From positions 4,216,001 to 4,280,000 of the forward strand of contig CM030332.1 in the NCBI GenBank assembly GCA_017654855.1: a stretch of 64,000 bases of DNA, in the 5' to 3' direction. How positions within the stretch are numbered: the first letter of the stretch is position 1; each line of letters begins with the position of its first letter. The notes under the pieces are model-generated. The model was not told where the DNA came from, made no database searches, and was given only the letters and a program-made list of their open reading frames with translations. The stretch is from Podospora anserina. Taxonomy: Eukaryota. Below are positions 27,743-38,415 of this stretch, piece after piece. The position numbers were made by a program, and so were the translations under genes.

Positions 27743-30700
27743 ATGAGTGCCCATGACATGTCCCTCCTGGGCGGGGATTCCATGAGCATCGACTCTGGAA
27801 TCCAGGTGATGCAGAGCATTCAAGGCATGGACGGTGCCATGGCTCTCGATGATGTCGACCTCTTCGGAGATCCTGTTATGGACAATGCTCTGGGTACCCT
27901 GCCCCTGACCTCTCGCCCTCCTCCAAGTAAGCAGCTTCAGCAGCGGCTGGACCAACTCCGAGCCCGTGGTTGCTGTCAGGGAATTGCTTGGGGCCGCTTG
28001 GGGAACATAGCCTGCGTCTCCAAAGATGGCATGTCGGTTGACATTCGCTACATGCGTTGCAATCCCGAGAACGGTGAATGGGATATGAATGATCCAAGCT
28101 CTTCTGCCACCATTTCACTGGTTCATGGTCCGCCCTCGTTCATCTCGCTGCCTTCTGCCGGCGCCCCCATAGTCCACGTCGCCTGGTCCCCTACCACGCA
28201 TATGGCTGACTTGGCCGTCATTGATGCTCTCGGCCGCATCAGCATTCTCTTCTTCCCACTGCAGATCAACAGACCCTATCCTATGAGAAAATGGGATTCC
28301 GATCCTGTGGACGACCTCCACAGCGTCGTCGGTTGTCACTGGTTACCAATCGGTAACGCAGCAAGCCAGAGCCGAGGGGTATGCCGTTCTCTTTCAGGGC
28401 CACATTTTTGGCAGTCTTGCTTACACTCGGTAGTTTCTCACCCAATGCAGTGGTGCACACTGGGCAGGGTCTGAATACAAATACAACCACATGGCTCAGC
28501 CGGCTTTTGGGCCGTCACATCCTCACCCTGGAAGGAGCGCGCTGGTGTGTGTTACCACAAATGGTCTTCTGAGGCTGTTCTATCAAATTAGCAGCCGGCA
28601 TGAGGAAACGGCTCTCGAGCTCGAGAGTGTGACAGCCGCCGATGATCTCATCACGCACGCCTCTTTCTGCTGTGATAAACGTAAGACCCCGCCAGACTCG
28701 AAATGTGTTGCAGCAGAACTAATCTTTTTGGTCAGCAAACACCCTTCTCATAGCTCTCGCTACGGCGTCGAAGCAGCTGAGGGTAGTGCGTGTTGGTGTG
28801 AACTGGGGGAATCCCCCAAGTGATAAGCAGGTGCACCCAGGCAGTATACAGTTAAGACCATCGATGAAAGAGGTACATGTAGCCACCACCAGTTGGCTAC
28901 AACATGGCCCGAGCGAGTCGACTCTAGACTTTTCCATGGCACAGCTCTCTCACCTCCTAGTACTCCCGTCTTTCATGGAGACCAGTAACCCTCCAACCTT
29001 CGCCCCAGCAGTTGTTGTCACGGTGAGATCATATCTGCCAAACGAAACCTCGCCCTACGATCAGGAAACCCAGAGCATCATCGATCGCTGGGAGGTTCTG
29101 AACGATCAAGCCCAAGCACCACATCCCGCGTTTGAGCAGCTGGGTCCCCGGAACGGTGCTGGAGCTGCCCCCCCGGTAAGTTTCTATGAACTTTGATGAT
29201 AGGAAAGCCGCAGCTAATGGGTAAATCAGACCATGACTAGGTTGCGGAAGCTGGAGCCAGTCACAATCCCCAAAGTGGTCATCTCGATGCAAACGACCAC
29301 CATACAGCTGGGAAGAGTCGTTTGTTTCACCTTTAGCGACGGCACCGTTCAGTACCGTGACAGGTTCACCATGGCTGAACTTTACAACGAGCATAACACC
29401 GAGAACATCAACAGCCCTCACCAGGTTGGGTTCCAGTTTGACGATCCGACGCCCTGTAAGTCCTCCATACTAGTGTGTTTGCAGGTACTAGCTCCATGGT
29501 GACTAATTTTCCCACTGTTCAGGTCTTCAGGTCGCTTTCTCTCCGAGCAACTTTGCATTCGTCCAAGTGTGTGAGGATAACACATTGAAGCTGAGAAAAC
29601 TCCATTATACAATGGGTGATTTAGGTTCCCTTCAAGACGGTTAGTGTGGTGATGCTTCCTTCGGCCCATGTGAGAGACCCCAAACTAAATCTGTGATCTA
29701 GTCCAAGCAAGGGCTGTTCTGGCATCTCTCACAATGCCCATCTCTTTTGCCTGGCAACAGCAAATGACCTTTGATGACATCCTGGCGGTTGTCCGTCCCT
29801 TGACCCAGCATCCGAGTAAGTTTACCCCCTGGAAGGGTTGGTCACGCCTGGATCTAACAAAAGTTCCATTTCAGAGTTCACAAATGCCTTGTTTAAGGAA
29901 ATCATAACTCTGCTTCGGACTGTGGTCGACTACTCGGAAGAACAGCAGCAGCTTGTCGACACGCTCATCCGGAACAACCAGCTGCAGTCCTGTCTGAGCC
30001 TTCTGAACCACTTTGGCTTCAATGGGAACTTTGAAGCCAGGTCTTTCCACGGAAAGTTCGCCTCGGTCGCCCTCAACCTGAGAAACATCATTGTTCTCAT
30101 TGTGCTTGCGAACCACAGCCCACAAAAGTCCAACGGGGTACTGAACCCGCTCGATGAATCAGAGGTGGTCGAGACCCTTGTCGGGTGCGCAGAATGGGCC
30201 GTCAGCTTGTTCTCGTGGCTCATCGACTCGCTCTTCAACCTGCTCGACGACCCCGAGTTCATGGCGCTCCTTTCCGACCAGAGACGATTCCAGGAACTGG
30301 CGAACTACCTCCACACCCGCAACGACGTCTCGGTCTATCTTCTCCTCTGCTCATCAACACGCAGCTTGCTCCAGGTTGCCTGCCGTCGGGTCGCGGGCTT
30401 GGAGGAAATCAGCAGCCGCGCGCTCACGTACTACAAGACTCACAGCGTGACTGAGACAGGGGCTGCTCTTCACCATGCCTATCAGAGGATGTACCGCACC
30501 AGCTCCAGCAGCCCGGTTAAACCCCAGGATTTTGAACGCCTCTTGAGCACCCTCGGCAGGGACATTTCCACTGCCTATCAAAGAACGCTCACGGCGATGG
30601 CCAAGTCCAAGGACCAGACCCAGCCCGGGGCCACGGAGCAGCAGCAGCAGCAGGCCCAGCAGCGGGTGGAGCTTTTTGTAAAGTCGGCGCAGAACCGGTG

Positions 30701-31358
30701 GGAGCTGGAGATGCTGTCGGGGGCTAACCCGCCTAATATCTTCCGCGAGGTGCTCGCTCGCCTTTTTACGAGCACGCTGACGACGTTTAAGGCATTGACG
30801 GACCCCGCGAAGCTGTATTTTGCCAATTATGACCTGCTTGAAGTCAATGATGATGCGAAGACGTTGAGGGCGAGGAAGAAGGCGGGGAAGTATGTGGATG
30901 TTTTTAAGAGGGTGGAGTTGGTTGCTGGGCAGCAGCAGCAAAACACGCAGTCTTTCCCTCCTGCTGCTGTGACGAATGGGGCTCAGGGGAAGGGTGGTGG
31001 TGGGGAGAATGTCAAGACTGAGGCTGGTGTGTGGGGTGCGGCAGGTGTGAAACTGGGGGGCACGCCTTCGTTGACGTTGGGGTTGGCAGGGGGTGGTGGT
31101 GGTGGTTCTGCCGGTGCTGGCAATGGGGCGAACGGGGGTGCTGCTGTTGCCATGACGCAGGTTCACAGCCCGAGGGATGAGGGAGCGGGAGGGGCGGGAG
31201 GTGGGCATGCTATTCGGTGGAGGCGGTGTGTGAGGTGTGCTTCGGTTATGGAGGACATTATGAACCAGCGGCCTGGGTTTACATATGTGCTGGCGCAGCA
31301 GCGGAAGTGCTGTTGTGGAGGGGCTTGGGCGCTGGTTGCGAACGGGGCTTTGGGGTAG
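27743..31358 (+). CDS. MED16: Mediator subunit 16 (Sin4), multi-exon
   Basis: N-terminal beta-propeller-like exons (GCCQGIAWGRLGNIA, IVHVAWSP..DLAVIDALGRISI) and C-terminal YVDVFKRV...WRRCVRCASVMED...QRKCCCGGAW are typical of fungal Med16. Several canonical introns. Confidence 0.88.
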
Positions 31359-31567
31359 AAGAGATGGAAGTTTATGCGCTTGGATAGATCGTTCACAAGC
31401 TCACGGTCAAATTGTCCGTTCGTTGGGGATACGAAAACTGACGTGTGGCTGCCAACCTGAGCATGACCGTTTCATTTCGTGTATACACAAGCCAGTTCTA
31501 ATGAGTTGAAATCACTTCTTTTCTTTTTTCACCATAACCAACCCCTATTTTGCTTTGCCTTTTTGTC

Positions 31568-32904
31568 CTACGGTTCCCAAAGATACCTCTGCTCCACCAC
31601 CCCCTCCTTCACCAACCCCCTCAACGCCATCCCATAATCCCCCCCATTCGGCGTCCTAAGCAGCGTATGAATATGAAACTTTGCCGGCTCCTTATTCGTC
31701 AAGAAAACCCCCGAGTGGTGATCAAACTCGACCAAAATCACGGGGCTCTGAACCCGGTAGTAAAACGCATCGTGATCCCCAAACCCGCCAATCCAACAAA
31801 AGTACGTCTCGTGAAACCACTCCTTCAGCTGCTCAAGTCTGATCTTCCTCGCAGTGGAGAGGAGGTAGAGGAGGTACTCGTCCAAGATCTCCGCAACGAG
31901 ATCCTGTTGGGACTGGGTCATCTCCGAGACTAACACCCCCTCATAAGGAACAACCCTATTGTCCCGATAGGCACCGCAAAGGTGGCGTTGGTCGTCGTGG
32001 TTCCACCTCCCCTTTGGCATGGCGTCATCTTCTAAATTCTTATACACCTGCGCGAGTGTTTGTTTCTCGGCCGGTAAAGACTGCATCAGCTGCAACCCCA
32101 ACTTCTCCTCCCGCTGCAGAATTTGGGTTCCTTTGTAGGGGCCCGAGTCAATCATGTTTGGCTCTGCGCCTGTGAACCACGGGCTTATCACCACTTGGTC
32201 TTTGTAGAAGAAGAGGTTGAGGCAGAGGTGGTGGCCGTAGAAGGAGTAGCCCCAGGGTGTTGTGGTGGAGGGGGAGCCGAAGAGGACAAAGTTGTAGGAG
32301 TGCTCGTTGCAGATCTTCGGGGCGGAGACGAGCTCGCCGAGGAAGTGGTTGATGCGCATGGCCGAGAGGGCTTTGTGGTAGCCCTCGGGGGAGAGGGAGG
32401 ATTGGAGGACTGAGAGGACGGCATCCCGGATTAGGGGGGTGAGCTCGTCGAGGCGGATGCCTTTGTTGGAGAGGAGGAATTCGGGGTTGGACCAGGTGCG
32501 CCATTCGGGGGAGTCGATGTGGTAGAGGGTGGATTTGAGTTGGGAAGGGGACAACAGGGAGAGGAGGTTGGTGGTGGCGGTGACTATGGAGGAGATGGGG
32601 ATTTCTTCTGGGGAGAGGTGGAAGAGGTTTGGTTTTACGTTTCCTGGGAAGCGGGTTAGAATGGACGGCTCTGAATGAGCGTTAAAGGGTTGTGAAACAG
32701 ACCATCGCTGGTTACGCCCTTGAAAGGCTCCTGGTAGAGCTTCAGCCAGTGAAGGTAGAGGCCATGAAGCCATGGGGGGTTCCCCCCTTCAATGAATGCT
32801 TTGGCGTATTCATGGGCATCCTGCTTTTGCATCTCAGTGAAGCGGGGGATGGACAAGTCAGGGAGGTGCTTATGGTATGTCTCGATGTCTGGTTGGTATG
32901 CCAT
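31568..32904 (-). CDS. DUF3500-family protein (exons 32904-32703, 32643-31568)
   Basis: An intron (GTCTGT...CTAAC...CAG) joins MAYQPDIETY...VTSD-G-NVKP. Motifs WRTWSNP, GHHLCLN, YYRVQSP..LVEFDHH and HIHTLLRTPNGGDYG match my recollection of DUF3500. Confidence 0.75.
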
Positions 32905-33395
32905 TTTGACTGTCTGGTGTAGTGCTCGCAACTAAGATTACTAGATTGTCACAATGACAACAAAGACTGAAGTGAGTGATGAGGTGAAGTGAGAATAGAA
33001 TAAGAAGTTGAGGTTCTGTCACTAGGCATGTAGGTCTAGACACGGAAAGGCCCAGCCGGTGGTTGAATTGATGCCGGGTAATGAGGTAAAACTATCTCCC
33101 GGTCCCTGCAGCCACCTCGGCGTACCAGACATCGCCAATGGCGGATTGAATTAGAGAAAGACGGACGATAACCCGGATGTGTGGGGTGATCAAGATGGTG
33201 GAGTTGGCTGCCCCTCCCCCGCTTCCCCAGCTCCCCGCTCTTGACTACATGCCTCCCGGGCACATGGGAGATGGGCGATGTGTGGTGGTAGATTCATATT
33301 CTCATAAGGGAAATGCTGGTGAAAGTGCAATTCAAAGCTATTTGCCAGATGCCAAAGACAACTCAAATCCATTCCGTGAACCAAATCCCACCACA

Positions 33396-34109
33396 TCACA
33401 GCTCCTTAAAGTTAACATGGAACAAATCCACCCCCTTCCTCTTCGCTCTCAACTCCCCAATATTCTCCTGAATAGCTACACCACACATATTAGCCACCAT
33501 AGCCACCATCAACAAAGACATCATCACGACACTCACCTCCCGGCTTCCCCTTAGCCTCAACATGCGCCTCCTTACTGACCCACCCAATAACCATCCTCAC
33601 ACTCTTCTCCCCAGCCCCATCCCCATCAACCTTCACCTCCGCCCCATAATCCGCACCCTTATACCCCTCCAGCTTATCCCCCTCAACAGCACTGACAAAC
33701 CGCGCAACCTGCTCCTCAAACCCCTCCTCCGTCTCAAAAGCAGTAAACACCTCAGTGCATGGCGCCTTCAACACAGCCGTGTCAAACTGATAAACAAATG
33801 TCTCTTGAGCCCTGACATGATCCTTGATTCTGGTGATGCACTGCTTTGCTGCAGAGGCGGATGACCATTCTGTATATGCGTTGTCAGTACCTCGTGACTT
33901 GGAAACAGAATACCGAGAAAAATGGGGGCGAACAGACCAGTTGCCAGCACCCAGGTCTTTGGATCCTCGAGCTTTTGGCCAAAGAAACCTTGCTGGAAAT
34001 CAGGCTGGGACTTGACTTTGGCCACAGCATCTCCCGGAAGTTGATTGCCAGAGTCGAGAGACTCGACGTCGAGTGTTTGGAAGAGTGTGACGGTGGCGGA
34101 CGATGGCAT
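33396..34109 (-). CDS. Small protein with a probable dimeric alpha+beta barrel (ABM-like) fold, 3 exons
   Basis: Three ORFs (34109-, 33774-, 33587-) link through canonical introns: MPSSATVTLF...FFGQKLEDPKTWVLAT|EW...KAPCTEVF...MVIGWVSKEAHVEAK...|AIQENI...FHVNFKEL*. The G..lEdp...W and iGW.S.eaH patterns are ABM-like. Confidence 0.6.
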
Positions 34110-35070
34110 TGTTGAGATGTTTGGGCGTGGATGACTGTTGGTTTTGGGTTGATGATTCTGGTTGAATGAAACTGTAATTGGGAAAGCTGGCCAGCTGAGA
34201 AACACAATGACGTATTAACTCAACTAACCTGTCAACTTGATAACTTGCCAGACTGGACACCGTCAACAGCGGGATCCTTCACTTTCTTTAGGACCAGTCA
34301 CAAATTGTCTACAGATCACGAGCAATGCACAAAGGAGCTAAAATGGGAGAAACGGCGAGTTTGTTATTGAGAGTGTTCTATAAAACCTTGAACACAAATC
34401 CACAACCCGAAACTCCCGGTTGCCGGTACGCATATGGTGTGTGAGACGGCGCGAAGTGCGAGAAGGGCACGGCTTTGCGGACAAGAACGACATGTAGCGC
34501 GTTGCCCGCTGGGAGACGCGACCAGCCCAGCCCAAGCCACCTCTTGGCCCTTGCCCTAGAGAGAGTGTGGGATAGTCGAACCAGAGCGGGAACGAACATA
34601 TCCAAGTGAATCTTCCTCGGCCGAGTCCGAGATGCTGGCTCCGGAGCAAAGTAGCTTCTGCACGAGTTGTTCCCCCGCCTTGAACTTGGCCTGTGGCGGG
34701 AAAAGACACCGGCGCATTGCCCTTACCATCGCGCTTGCCTCCTTCAGAAAAGATTCCAGTCTCAAAAGGGTGCTGGAGTGAAGTAGGTGATCTTCAGTAC
34801 AGACGCGACGTCAGTTATCAACCTAGTTACTCCCGAACACGCATGCCTGAGCACGCGCAGTCGTTGCAATAATATACCCTCTCGATAACCGTCCTCACAG
34901 CCAACGCATATGCTCTGTTGAAACTGCTGGCGGACTTAACATCGATTTGAATGCGTGAGATATAACCTCGATGTACCCTGTGACGCAAGGGCCCAAGGCA
35001 AGACTGCCGGCGGGATGAATACCAATCCCTACAGAGCGTGAAGAGCAATCTCTGCTGGGGCCACGCCGAC

Positions 35071-35371
35071 GGGGCCTTTTAAAAGGTCATGCCCAGGACT
35101 TACTTCTCAACATCAGTTGAAAACAGTCGATGTCGAAAGCAGTCGAGCTGACGGAGGAACACGCAAATGGCAGTTTCAAAGTCATGCCTAGGACAACGCA
35201 AGAAGTCACCGTGTCAACGGGTCCAATATGGACACACTCTAGGGTACGCCAACACCTAGAGCGGACTGAAGCAGTTTAACTGTCATGCCCAGGACTAACT
35301 GCTAGCCTGTCGTTGGCTGAAGAAACGATGCGCCTATCGCAATCGGGGCCTTTTAGAGTCCTGCCCAAGAC
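35071..35371. repeat. Four dispersed direct repeats with core GTC(A/C)TGCC(C/T)A(G/A)GAC
   Basis: Cores start at 35086, 35181, 35282 and 35358. Copies 1 and 4 are preceded by GGGGCCTTTTA, copies 2 and 3 by GCAGTTT. Confidence 0.8.
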
Positions 35372-35865
35372 ACGTGTGGAATCGTATTGAAGTCGAAGAT
35401 GGGGCGGTGACAGGAGCCGTTTTCAGGGCTGACATGTTGCCAAGATGTTGGTGTTAACAGGGCAATATGACGGGGCCAACTCTCTGGGAAGAGCGACGAC
35501 GCCTCGGCACAGAGTATGCTGATCGGCTGACATTCATGTTACTGAACTGGCGACTCGGATTGGCGGGGGCGTGTGCGCGAAAAAGCTGAAAGCGTCGAGG
35601 GTCATGTTGACCGGGCGCAGACACGCTTCAGGTGAATAGAAGGGTAGCCATGATCTAGATGGAACAATTTGTTGTTATACTCAGGCAATGAACCAATCGA
35701 CAGAATGACCTACTAAGTTGACAACGAGATCATGTCAATATTCTTGATGGCCTGTAACTTCGGAATAGCATGTTGCCGAGGGGCGCAACAGCTGGTGGTG
35801 GTGATGATGGCTGTTCAAGGTGATGTGAACCGGAGAGGGAAAAGAGGAGAAGCCGGAGAAAGACA

Positions 35866-36424
35866 ACATTGAGGCAGGATCTGCAGGTTGACGGTATTCG
35901 AGAGTCCACATCATACATCAAATCTGTCATGGATGAAGAACTCGAGTTGTTGAAAGGCCGCTCCGACAAGCTGGTGTTGAGGGGAAATCAGCCAAGGGGG
36001 AGCCATCGCCATGTGGACATTGTTATGCCAAACAAGGCTTGACAGAAGACTAGGAGGGTTGGTAGCGACTAACACATGGCTTCCGTTCGCCAAGAATATC
36101 GAAAAGATTCTTGCTGGGAGAGGAAATGCTTCACAGGACGACAGGTCTGATTCGGATGCTTTTGTGGAGAGCATGACATCGGCATGGATCACGGCACCAA
36201 GCCGCTCTCTCTTGTCAACACCTATCTTTCTAGGCCACGGGACCGACGATGCTATGGTTGATGTTCAGCTCGGACGTGAGGCCAGATATGTGCTCTCCAA
36301 AGTAGGGTTTCGGGTTGAGTGGAAGGAGTACTTGGGTGCAGAGTTGGAAGGTCACTGGATCAAGGTGCCAGAGGAGGTTGATGATATCACGGCCTTCCTG
36401 AAAAGATTTACCGGTAGTGATTAA
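35866..36424 (+). pseudogene. 5'-truncated, frameshifted phospholipase/carboxylesterase (acyl-protein thioesterase-like alpha/beta hydrolase)
   Basis: Frame A reads TLRQDLQVDGIRESTSYIKSVMDEELELLKGRSDKLVLRG. One extra A near 35985 shifts to frame B: ISQGGAIAMW...TPIFLGHGTDDAMV...EGHW...FL*, containing the GxSxG, Asp and His triad motifs. No N-terminal half is found upstream. Confidence 0.7.
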
Positions 36425-36651
36425 TATGTAACGGTACTTTCCATAGGAAGATGCAAGACCAGTCGCTCTTTCCAATGACAGGGAGTGGTCGGGTGTGTTG
36501 TGAGTGCCTTCCATGATTACTGCCTCGGACGGGACCAAAGATGCACCTTCCTTTTAAAAGTTTTTGCCATGCCCTACATCAGACTCATGTCAAAATTTCA
36601 AGCAACATTTTGTGCGGTGCAAACCATAGGACCACCCATCAACAATCCCAA

Positions 36652-37971
36652 TATGGAGTGTACCAAGGACACCACCCAGGACACAGGTCCAGACCAGCTT
36701 CAACAATCCGTTGCCACCGGCTGGGCTACCTTTCTCGCTGCCCAGCATTGGTCCCGGGAAGTAGATGCCCTCAGAAGGTCCCTCAACGAGCACATCAAGC
36801 AGACAAGCACACAGCATGAGCTTTTGTCCGTTGCTGTTGTGCAGTCCAAACCAAGCTCTCCTGTTACTGAAGCCAGCCTTGAAAACCACCTCGAATCATT
36901 GCGGCAGGAAATGATGGAGAGCATGTCTCAGCTCTCGCAAAAAATTACATCTCACGAGGAGAGAACTGAACATCTCCGGTCTCTCACATCTGATGATATC
37001 AAGGACGTTCAAGAGAAGTACTTATCAGCGCTCGGCATGGTCGAATACCTGCAGGGGGAGCTACGAGACATGAGATCAGACAAGGTCAACACTGAAAACA
37101 AGCTCACGGCGCTAGAGCGAGATACTGAAAACAAACTCACGGCATTGGGACGCCAGATTGCTGCTCTACTACCGCCTCAAACACCCTTGCCCGACGAGGC
37201 CGTCAGTTTCCTCAACCAGCTCGTCTCTCGTCGTGCTGAAGTGATGAGAATCCTCAGCCTCCCCTGCCATGAAGAGTTCACACAGTTGCGGCAAACCCAT
37301 GGTGAGAGAACGCCTGAACAAATCTCCATCAGACCTTGGGCTTACCTCCTATAGTCACTGGAGCCACTGCCAACCCCGAACCTACTACCATACCGACAAA
37401 CCCGCCTAGGCTCGATAACACAAACACCACACCCACTTCAGCACCATCCATCACAGACATTCAAATCCACGTGCCGGACAGAGGGCAGAGGCAGAACACA
37501 GTGAGCAAACACAGTCAGCCCCGCATGGCGGTTATCACTCGAAAGCAGCCCAAACGGAAGGCCGCAGAGCCTCCCCAGACACAACCCAGTCCGAAAAGGG
37601 CCATGCCACTGGGGACATCTTCAACCAAAACCAGCCTCGTTAACCCGCCAAAGACGGCCCCTGCTGATGCCCAGGACACCAAGGATCTCTACCACCGGTT
37701 CCGGAGCCGGTATGACACCAACCCGCCCCAGGATCAAGTAAGGGGCATCTGGAGATTCATCAACCAGATAAAGAATCCCGACGTCGCGAAGCATCTTCAG
37801 GAGTCTCTTGTCATCTCCCTGCCCGAGTACGTGAAGTTGGGTTCAAGAAGTCGACTGGCGACACAAGTCAACGGCGTCCAGAGAATTTTCATTACGATAT
37901 CCGGGAAAGTGACCTGGAAGATGTTCTCTGAGGCGTTTGACAAGTATGCGGCTTTGCATTTGAAGGAGTGA
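36652..37971 (+). CDS. Hypothetical coiled-coil protein (intron 37302-37354; start could lie further upstream)
   Basis: An intron (GTGAGA...CTTAC..TAG) joins the 289-aa and 211-aa ORFs in frame. Heptad-rich N-terminal half and a basic PKRK motif; no family recognised. Confidence 0.6.
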
Positions 37972-38415
37972 ATGTGGCTACCAGGAGATTGATGACATTG
38001 ATGATGATGAGAATGGTGCGGTGGATGGAATGATACGAAGTATGAGCGAAACGAAAATTTGCTGGAAATTTGCTTCACATAAGACGATGTAGCTTGGCAG
38101 ATATGGGTGAAGGATGGATGGGGGTTGTAGGTATGGGGGTTTCTGTGGTCCATGTACATTATCGACAGCTTTGCTATTTAGGCCACTTGCAGGAGCTTTT
38201 TCATCCACAATGGCTGTATCATAACATCCTTGACAAGCAGTCCACTTATAAGTATGGGAAATATTATTCAAATGTTTTTAAAAATACCTCATGCGATGTG
38301 TATGTACCGTTTTCCAGTTGGTGATTCAAATATCCTATGCAAACCAACCCCCTCTCTTCCGCACTCGAACCCCTGTTACTATCTTCAACTCCTGTAACCA
38401 ACTCCCTCCCTCCCC

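Noticed and set aside
34338-35048. Possible spliced minus-strand gene downstream of the repeat array
   Set aside because: Short ORFs with no recognisable domain; I could not build a consistent exon chain.
35071-35371. CRISPR-like repeat-spacer appearance
   Set aside because: Eukaryotic context, only a 14-bp degenerate core, irregular long spacers and no cas genes.
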